This document shows, piece by piece, positions 48,988 through 58,375 of a stretch of 58,375 nucleotides of DNA; position 1 is the first letter of the stretch, and each line of letters begins with the position of its first letter. A program made the position numbers and the translations under genes. Below the pieces are notes generated by a model. The model worked only from the letters and a program-made list of their open reading frames with translations, was not told the DNA's origin and did not search any database. The stretch covers positions 19,547,980 through 19,606,354 of the forward strand of contig NC_068981.1 in NCBI RefSeq assembly GCF_001194135.2, written 5' to 3'. Origin of the DNA: Octopus bimaculoides. Taxonomy: Eukaryota.

Positions 48988-49167
48988 CGGGACCGTCTTA
49001 AGACATGGGCACACCGCGAAGTTTCCCGGGGGTGGGGTGAGTACAGGGTCTACACGGGTACTCAGGCACAATTCTGACCTGTGTATGTTTTGGCTTAATG
49101 AATAAATGCAATAAGGCCCAGTGCACTGAATTACCCAGGGATTCGCAATGCTGCTAATGCGGCTCTG
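48988..49167. mobile_element. Old hAT-type MITE
   Basis: Degenerate ends CGGGACCGTCTTAAG / GCTAATGCGGCTCTG. Flanks TCTGTTGT / TCTGTATA suggest a decayed 8-bp TSD. A second hAT-like terminus CAGTGGCGTAACTAG occurs at 48501. Confidence 0.45.
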
Positions 49168-50479
49168 TCTGTATAAGGAGGCAGAGATGGGCGTTGGGCG
49201 GTAAATTCAAGGGTTGTCCCGGACACCACACATCCTAGCTACACCACCGATTAGTAAAGTTCTGAATTTTATTTAGTCAACTGCAAATCACATGCAGGTG
49301 TTGGCCCTGGCGGTTGTTCAATGATGGGCATTAAATGAATGGTGTAAATCTGCGGAATCACACGGGCAGCCCGTTGGGTTTATGTTGTCCAAAAGTCTCA
49401 TTGTGACGATCTTTGGAAAATAGATAAGTTTTTGGTTTCTGCAGTTTACGGTCGGGTTTCGGTTTCTTCTCGGAGCTGCTTCGTTTCATGAGTATTTTTC
49501 TGGAGAGAGAATGTGACGAACAGTTGAGCTTTTAATTTTTGACATATCACGGTAAAGTGGTAATAAAACATTTCTGTATAAGACAGGCTGTAGTCCATGT
49601 TAATGAAAAGATGTTTTACTCTCGATATGTGTCCATAAATCCAACATTTGAAATATGCGAGATGTGAAATATTATAAATACCCCGCCGAGTCTCTAATTC
49701 AAATTTTTATCGCTATTGATGGAATCAAAGGAGAACATTTTGTCTGAATCGATCAAATAGAAATTATATAAATGCTATTCCAGTTACATGTGAAGATTTC
49801 TCACAATACAACTATTCTGAATTAAAACTGTTGCTAAAATTATACGTTACATGCCGAATAATGTGCGTTATGAGTTTCTGCAGTAGTAATGTATCTGTGT
49901 GTCTGTGCGCGCACATTTGTGTATACGTGTGTACATGTTTTTGTGAATACGCATGTGCATGTGAGAAAGAGAGAAAGAGAGGGAGAGAGAGAGAGTTTAC
50001 ATGTGTGGAGGAAGGGTGGATGTGTATGTGTGTGTGTGCATGTAGAAAGAAATATGTATATATATTCACACATGTTATATCTATATTATTTTCACATAAT
50101 ACAAAATATATTTCCATGAGTGCATATGGGTGTGTGTGTATAGACATATGCATGTATGTATGCATTATGTACATATACGAGAGAGGAGTGAGTGGAAGAC
50201 AGAGGGAAGGAATCTTTTGTTTATAGTAGACATGTAAAAAAAAATGTCTGCTAAATTACAGAAGACTAAGTTACCTCTTCCTCCCAACCAGCGATATACT
50301 TCAGTTTTGATCAATTGTTGATCTTCAGCCAAATATAAACGTTATGGTGTTGCCTGTATTGTTACACAGACATACGTCTTAGACCTACGTCACAGTTTTG
50401 CTCACATAGATATGGGGACAGTGGTGCTACTGCTACAGACACACACGCAAATCCTATATTTGAATTTTAGTACTGCGCG

Positions 50480-50541
<62 letters not shown>

Positions 50542-50913
50542 TANNNNNNNNNNNNNNNNNNNNNNNNNNNNNNNNNNNNNNNNNNNNNNNNNNNNNNNNN
50601 NNNNNNNNNNNNNNNNNNNNNNNNNNNNNNNNNNNNNNNNNNNNNNNNNNNNNNNNNNNNNNNNNNNNNNNNNNNNNNNNNNNNNNNNNNNNNNNNNNNN
50701 NNNNNNNNNNNNNNNNNNNNNNNNNNNNNNNNNNNNNNNNNNNNNNNNNNNNNNNNNNNNNNNNNNNNNNNNNNNNNNNNNNNNNNNNNNNNNNNNNNNN
50801 NNNNNNNNNNNNNNNNNNNNNNNNNNNNNNNNNNNNNNNNNNNNNNNNNNNNNNNNNNNNNNNNNNNNNNNNNNNNNNNNNNNNNNNNNNNNNNNNNNNN
50901 NNNNNNNNNNNNN

Positions 50914-51112
50914 GTGTGTGTGTATGTTTGTGTGTCTGTGTTTGTCCCCCCAACATCGCTTGACAACCGATGGTGGTGTGTTTAGGTCCCCGTAACTTAG
51001 CGATTCGGCAAAAGAGGCTGGTAGAATAGGTACTAGGATCGATTTGTTTAATCAAAATTCTTCAAGGGGGCATCCCAGCACGGACGGCCGCAGTCAAATG
51101 ACTAAAACAGAT
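50914..51112 (+). mobile_element. Family A SINE 3' half (5' half lost in the gap)
   Basis: GTGTTTGTCCCCCCAACATCGCTTGACAACCG..GCAGTCAAATGACTAAAAC. Confidence 0.85.
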
Positions 51113-51879
51113 AGAAGATATATATATATATATATATATATAATCTTTTATCTTGTTTTAGTCATTGATATGCGGTCATGTCGGGACACCGCCTGGGAGT
51201 GTTTAGTCGAAGAAATTGACCAAGAACATGTTATTTTAAATTCTCGTGCTTAATTCTATCGGCCTCTGAAACCGCTAAGTTACGGGTTGTGCAAAGAAAC
51301 TAGTTGTCAAACGATGATAGGGGTCTATGCACAAACACAAACACACACACACACGCACTCACGCACACACACATGCATGTATATATAAAGATGACGGGCT
51401 ACCGTACAGTTTCCACCTGCCAAATTCACTCAAGAGGTCATCGGTCGGCTCGTGGCTACAGTAGAAGACACTCGCCTAAGGTACGTTATAGTGTGACTTA
51501 ACCCGAAAGCATGTGATTGCATAACGAACTCCTTAACCTAATATATGGGGACAATGTTGCAACTACACACTCACAAACACACACACACATACACACACAT
51601 ACTCACACACACACGCACGCACACACAGACTCTCACAAGAAAACTGTTCACATTTATTGCTCAATAATGTTTGTGTTACGCATATAAACATACTAGACCT
51701 ACATTAAGGTATTGCCCACATGTGAGGGACAGTGTTGTTTTTGTTAAAAAGTATTCTAAGCCCACATCAGAGCACTGCTCATTTGTGGTACTGTTATACA
51801 CATGTACTGCCATCAGATACACAAACATTCTGGACCCCCATTACAGCGCTGCTTATATCCAAAGGAAGGACATTCGACT

Positions 51880-52082
51880 AATTGGTTTCCAACTTTGGCT
51901 CAAAGCCTGCAATTACGGGGAAGGAGTAAGTCGATTACATCAACCCCAGCTCTCAACGGGTACTTATTTTATCATCCACGAAAATATGGAAGGCTAAGTC
52001 GACCTCAGCAGAATTTGAACTTACAACACTAAGACTGACGAAATACCCGGCGTGCTAACGATTCTGGCGGATCGCCGCCTTA
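51880..52082 (-). mobile_element. Family B SINE
   Basis: GTCGATTACATCAACCCCAG..GAATTTGAACTT..GGATCGCCGCCTT. Confidence 0.75.
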
Positions 52083-52404
52083 GACAACTCGACTAATTAA
52101 TAAAAGTTTCACTCAACAACTCATTCCGATCACAAATTCACAGAACTATTCTGTTGTCTTCTCATTATCCCTCCTACTATAACCACGTTATCTTCTCTGG
52201 GAATGACAAAAACTTTACATCTTCACTATCCTGGACCATCTCATTCATTCTCCTCCAATTCTTTCATGCATTCTGCTGTGTACTATCTCCCATAATCCAG
52301 ACTGAACACCAACACAAGCCTTCCTCCTCGGAGTTGCAGCCCTTTGAAATTCCCACCTCATCTGTGGAGTGTTTCATTCCCAGGTCAACCCTGAGAGGGC
52401 ATGC

Positions 52405-53601
52405 TTATGGACCGCCTTTGGCAGTAATTACAGCTTGGATTCTACTAGGTATGGACTTGTACAAAGTTTGAATTTTTTCCAAAGGAATTTTTCTCCATTC
52501 TTCAGCTAAAACAGTCTCCAGTTTTTGTAGTGATGATGGTGGAGGATATCGACTTGTTTTTCTAAAATGCACCATAAATGTTCAATAATATTGAGATCTG
52601 GGGACTGTGATGGCCAGATAAGATGTTCAACTTCACTAGAGTGTTCTTCTCGCCACTCAGTAACAACTTTAGCTGTGTGAATTGGTGCATTATCATCCTG
52701 AAAGATTGCGTTTCTCTCCGGAAACAGTTCCGCAACCGTAGGATGAATTTGATCAGATAAAATGCTTAAATAGTCTTAACTATTAATTCTTCCATGAAGG
52801 GAAACAATTGGGCCGGCTGATTTCCAGGATGTAGCCCCCCAGATCATTACAGATCCACCTATATGTTTAACAGTTGGAAGAAGGCAGTCTGGATCAAATG
52901 CGTCTTTTGGCTGTCTCCACACGTATGCCCGGCCGGTGGTCGGAAATAAGGTAATGGATGACTCGTCCTAAAAAATGGCATTCTTCCACTGCTCTAGGGA
53001 CCAATTCTGTAGGTTTTTACTCCACTCTAAACGTTTTGCAACACTTGTTCTTGAAAGTAGTGGTTTTCTGATTACAGCTCTCCCGTGAAATCCAGCTTTG
53101 TGCAGCTCCAGGCGAACAGTTTTTGTGGAAACTGGGTTCTCGAGGTGGTCATTAAGCTCTGCAGTAATTTTGGAAGCTGTATTTTTGTGATCCTTTCTAA
53201 CAATTCGCGTAAGAGTCTGACGGTCCCTATCTGAAACTTTTGGTTTTCTTCCGGAGTTTTGTTTCGACGAGGTTTTTCCCTCTTTCTCAAAGGCTGTCAT
53301 TACTTTCGAGACAGTACTTCTTCATACACCAAACATTTCGGCTGTTTTCGTTACGCTAGCGCCTGTCATACGAGCACCAACAATTTAACCTCTTTGAAAG
53401 TCTGATAGATCTGTCATTTTAATGAATTTTAATTACCTTTTTCTGATGATATCTGACAACAAACAGCAATTGTAGCAAAACATAAGCAACACTAATAATA
53501 AACGAAAAAAACAAAATAAACAAGCTTTTGACGGTTTTATAGATATTTTAAAATTATGATGCTATGATGCTAGATGTTTCCATTATTTTGTCCAACTCCT
53601 G
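52405..53601 (-). mobile_element. Tc1-family transposon with near-complete pseudogenised transposase (53417-52405), DD36E spacing
   Basis: MTDLSDFQRG*IVGAR..GRKPK..IF*DES..VMIWG..FQDDNAPIH..WPSQSPDLNIIEHLW. The 5' TIR is TA|CAGGAGTTGGACAAAATAATGGAAAC. No 3' TIR was found. Confidence 0.93.
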
Positions 53602-54705
53602 TATATAACAAAACAGGAAAATGGAAAGCTTTTGGCATAATTTATTCTCTATTAAACGTGTTTCATATGATAATAGGAATTACAAAGGTTTACTTGTTAG
53701 ATAGACATGTAAGGAATTTCTAAGAAATTCGTCAGACAGAGAAGAGACGGCTACCACTTGTTTCATACTCAACAGTTGTCAAGTGCATCACATGAAACAT
53801 TGGTACTCGTCTCAATTCAGTCAGTTTCTGTCTACTAAATTCACTCACAAGGCATTCGTCGGTCCGAACCAATAGTAGAAGACACTTATCCAAGGTAAGC
53901 AAGTGTTCATTGGGACTGAACTCGAACCAGCAGGTTCCAAAGCGAGTTTCTCAACCCCACAACCTTGCATGTGCCCACACAGCTATGCTTGCATCAATAG
54001 GCTGTAATTTCTGTTCGGTTGAACAACCAAACAGAAATTCCGTCCTTGTCTCGCCCATATTTACCTCCAGACGTCTAGAATCCACACTGATGTCAACGCT
54101 CTGCAAAAACAAATGCTAAGGGCATTGCCCCGCCACGTCTGACTAGTTATTGGGAAAAAATAATAAATAAAAGAGTAATGAGTGATTTTTTTTCTTTGTT
54201 TGTCATCTGAAATTCTTCTCATCTGAACCATAGCAGCGTCTCTTCTCTATTACAACATGGCTGTGTCACTGCAAAAATTGTGACTATTTCTTTTCGTTTC
54301 ACTATCTTTGTAGTGGAATGGACTCTGAATCGACAAAGGGCCTTTCGAAGGTCACTTAGTATAAACATAGTCATATGACAGAGGATGAGAAAGAGAGAGG
54401 GTAAGAGAGAGAGAGAGAAAGAAACGAGTGCGGGAAGTGGAGAAGAGAAGAGGGAGGGAGAAATAAAGAGGAAGACAGATTGTGTGAGACAGACAGAAGC
54501 AGATAGACAGAGACAGAGAGCGAAGGAGGAAGAGAGAGAGAGAGGGAGAAAAAGAGGAAGAGAAAGGTTAGGTAAAGAGAACTGAGAGAGAGAGAAGGAG
54601 AGAGTAAAAGGGAGGGAGGAAAGGTGAGAGAGAAGGAGAGACTGACAGAGCAGGAAGGAGAGAGACAATTAAAGGAAAATAAAAATAAAAGTAGCAGACT
54701 ATCAG

Positions 54706-54754
<49 letters not shown>

Positions 54755-55390
54755 GACAGACAGATGACAGAGTCACAGAGACAGACTGACGGGCAGACAG
54801 ACATACAGACAGAAGACCACTGACTCACAGAAAGCGTGACAATTGGATTAGGGTGGAGCGGGGAGAAAGAGGAAGAAAACGAAAAGATCAAATGATTTGA
54901 TTAATGAAAGTCTATGTATTGGAAGGCAGTCGTTTCGTACCTGAAAGAGAAGTAGAATAATTGTGAACATCATTATTGGCTTCGCTTAGCACTGATAAGG
55001 TGAGTGGCGGGGGNNNNNNNNNNGTGGATGACAGCAGAGCCTTGATATAGTCTGGTGGTTCACTCCTTTCTGAGTTCAAATCACGCTTGCGACGTCACTT
55101 TTAATTCTCATGTTATCGATGTAATTCTTCCTTTACTCGTTTCGGTCAGTGGACTGCGGTCATGCTGGGGCATCCACCTTGAAGGGATTTTAATCGAACT
55201 AATTGACCCCAGTATTTATGGGGGGGGGGGGTTAAAGTCTAGTACTTACTCTCTTGCTCTCTTTTGCCGAACCGCTAGTTATGGGGCGTAGATATCTTGG
55301 ACCCAGGTCCTTATGACAAAACAAACAGATTGCGTCTATATTTTGCGTCTTTGTTTTGCGGTACTTCTCCCCTGTTCATCGATTTTTGCG

Positions 55391-55705
55391 ATAGCTGAAA
55401 CGAAAGAACAGCGTGCTTCCGTGAAATTCTGTTTTCTGCAGGGGAAAACGGCGGCCGAAACAGCTGTCATGCTACAAATAGCTTACAAGGAGCTGCCATG
55501 AGCAAAAAAACACAAGTTTACGAGTAGTTTCTACGCTTTAGGAATGGTCACTTGTTGCTTGAAGACCAACCTCGTTCAGGACGACCGTCGACGTCCCGAA
55601 CGAATGAAAACATCACCGAACAATTAACGAACTTGTTGATATGACCGGTGTGCCCTGGAGTTCCGACCAACGAATTTTGAGCACCAGGACAATGCACTAG
55701 TCCAC
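55391..55705 (+). pseudogene. mariner transposase N-terminal fragment, internally deleted
   Basis: AETKEQRASVKFCFLQGKTAAETAVML..FRNG..LEDQPRSGRPSTSRTNEN, then a jump to HQDNALVH. Confidence 0.85.
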
Positions 55706-56589
55706 AATTCCATTCTGGTAACCAACTACTTGACAGAGGCGGGTATCAAAACTGTGACTGTTGGTTGTTTTTCAAGCTAAAGAAGGTGAAAGAGGCTGTG
55801 ACAAGGGTCCTAGATATTTTAACTTTGGAGGGCTTCCATGGGGCTTTCACGAAGTGGCTGGAGCGCTAGAACATGTGCACTGAAGTTAGAGGATCCTTGT
55901 TTGAAGATTAGAATTTTGTACTTCTTTGAAATTAATAAATGTCTCTCCTGAAAAAGTTTCAAAACTTCTGGAATGCAGATTGTAATGCTAGCTAGAAGAA
56001 TCGTTATTACGTCGGATAAAATGATTAGTGGCATTTTTTCCGGTTCTCTACCACAGAGGTCGATTTTGCATTTCATCTTTTTGGAGTACCAGTTTAGCAC
56101 TGGGAATGATGTAATCGACTTACCCCTTCCCTTCAAAATTGCTGGCGTTATTCCAGAATTAGAGAGAATTCTGATCACAAACGCCAAGTAAGAGATCAGT
56201 GTTTGCCAGAGCGGTGAGGTGGAAACAATCAACTTAAATACCACTAGATTCATTTCTGGGAGAGGCTTCAGGGGGATTTAAGGCTTTTCTACCAACTTTT
56301 CGGAGCATCATCTATGTTTTTACATTTATTGTCTCTTTTATCCACTCCCAGAGCCTCTTTTTCCCACGCATCTAAACTCCAAACCCTCTTTTCCCCACGC
56401 ATCTAATCTCACCAGCACGTACACACTATTGGCACGTGTGGGCAAAACTTCGTTCTCTCCAAGCAAAGTAACTGGTTTCGGCGATATCTTTTCCATCATC
56501 TTCAAACACAGTTCCTAAGGCAGCTCTTATCATCGCCAACCACTTCAACAACTCTCCTTCTCTCTCCTTTTCTGTCTGTCTTTCACGGG

Positions 56590-57384
56590 CATGCCGATAA
56601 ATCAGTCCAACATCGGTTTCGAAGGATTTCGGTCACTCAAAATGTATGAAGAGAGAATTCGATACAATCCTACAGTCCTGAAGAAGTTAACTCCCCTGGG
56701 CTTACAAGCCTGGTATGCAATATCTCCCACCGGCATCATAGGACCACATTACTGTGATGCTAATGCAAACTTGTAAAGTTATCTAGATCCTTCGCCGAAA
56801 TGTTTTGTGTCCGTGAATCATGCACACTGTTGTTATTCTCAGCAAAACGGCACTCCACCATTTTATGACCGCTTCGTACGAGACTGAAATAGCAATAACT
56901 AGGAAGCTCGCTGGACATTGTGGAGCAATGAAATGGACAATGAGAACAACTGACTTAATTCCAACAGATCTCTTTCAGTGAGGATTTCTAAAGAACTGAA
57001 AACTAGAATACAAGCGTCTTTTATATTACAGAAGATTGATGCTTATATAGTTCTTATCGTAACGAGAAACGTATTTGCCCATTGATTTCCATGTTTGTTG
57101 ACTGCTCTCAAACACGTACCTGTATGGGGGGTTCGCGTTATGGAAAAGCTATGTTATTGTTTGTAGTGTTTGTATAATAATCAATATTTCCGTAACGCAA
57201 ATGAATTTGTAGAAAAAGGTTTCCACCATCGCCTGAGTGTGCACATCTCAGTAACTTACCATCTGAATAAATATAGTAAAATGGATGATAGTCATATTGA
57301 ATTTATATATATAACGCATCGATAGTTCGTGAATTGCATCAATAAAATTGTTTTAAAATTTGGCGTTACGTTTGGGACACCATC

Positions 57385-57385
<1 letters not shown>
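56590..57385 (+). mobile_element. Degraded Tc1/mariner transposase (rosa/DD41D-like) with right end
   Basis: AWYAISPTGIIGP..QQNGTPP..GAMKW..TDLIPTDLF resembles VWCAIS..IIGP..QQDGAPPH..WPPRSPDLTP.DFF. The end-like TTACGTTTGGGACACC lies at ~57366-57381. Confidence 0.6.
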
Positions 57386-57429
<44 letters not shown>

Positions 57430-57920
57430 NNNNNNNNNNNNNNNNNNNNNNNNNNNNNNNNNNNNNNNNNNNNNNNNNNNNNNNNNNNNNNNNNNNNNNN
57501 NNNNNNNNNNNNNNNNNNNNNNNNNNNNNNNNNNNNNNNNNNNNNNNNNNNNNNNNNNNNNNNNNNNNNNNNNNNNNNNNNNNNNNNNNNNNNNNNNNNN
57601 NNNNNNNNNNNNNNNNNNNNNNNNNNNNNNNNNNNNNNNNNNNNNNNNNNNNNNNNNNNNNNNNNNNNNNNNNNNNNNNNNNNNNNNNNNNNNNNNNNNN
57701 NNNNNNNNNNNNNNNNNNNNNNNNNNNNNNNNNNNNNNNNNNNNNNNNNNNNNNNNNNNNNNNNNNNNNNNNNNNNNNNNNNNNNNNNNNNNNNNNNNNN
57801 NNNNNNNNNNNNNNNNNNNNNNNNNNNNNNNNNNNNNNNNNNNNNNNNNNNNNNNNNNNNNNNNNNNNNNNNNNNNNNNNNNNNNNNNNNNNNNNNNNNN
57901 NNNNNGTGTAACGTTACGCT

Positions 57921-57981
<61 letters not shown>

Positions 57982-58061
57982 GAAGAAGAAGAAGAAGAAG
58001 AAGAAGAAGAAGAAGAAGAAGAAGAAGAAGAAGAAGAAGAAGAAGAAGAAGAAGAAGAAGA
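57921..58061. repeat. Compound (GAT)n-(GAA)n microsatellite
   Basis: Read directly from the sequence. Confidence 0.97.
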
Positions 58062-58184
58062 AAATAGATTTCGTTATAAATTTTATAAATTCATATATGA
58101 ATATGCAGAAACATAATTATGAAGTTTAGATGAGCCAGCTAGCTAGATACATTGATATATATGTATATGTATATGTATATGTAT

Positions 58185-58233
<49 letters not shown>

Positions 58234-58339
58234 AAGATAGACAGATATACCGTGAAGTATATTTGCCACCTAAATGTGGCTGACCCATATGGGACGATGC
58301 TACTGTAGTTTATAGCCCCATCTCAGAGATTTATTATTG

Positions 58340-58375
<36 letters not shown>

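Overview
This is eukaryotic, AT-rich, microsatellite-dense DNA with many N gaps. The SINE families and the repeat landscape point to a cephalopod (Octopus-like) genome; that assignment is my recognition, not a database result. I could not support any host protein-coding exon. The window is a stack of nested transposable-element remnants. Non-LTR elements: R4/Dong, Tx1, RTE and CR1-like LINEs, plus at least three tRNA-derived SINE families. Other retroelements: a Ty3/Gypsy pol fragment and Penelope-type repeats. DNA elements: Helitrons, Merlin, pogo/Tigger, Tc1, mariner and hAT-like pieces. Most long ORFs in the supplied track are microsatellite or N-gap artefacts. Four signals stand out. (1) An internally deleted Tx1 retrotransposon sits in the tRNA-like head of a SINE with a perfect 15-bp TSD, and its 5' region carries ~157-bp tandem units with antisense tRNA A-box/B-box-like motifs. 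(2) Minimal hammerhead-ribozyme-like motifs occur in two different Penelope-type repeats. (3) R4/Dong 3' ends are stacked in a SINE (TAA)n tail. (4) There is a 91-bp mini-Helitron, a Merlin-type MITE carrying TTAGGG repeats, an RTE with three C-terminal C2H2 fingers, a DD36E Tc1, and three perfect 25-26 bp palindromes. Element boundaries are approximate unless a TSD or TIR is quoted.
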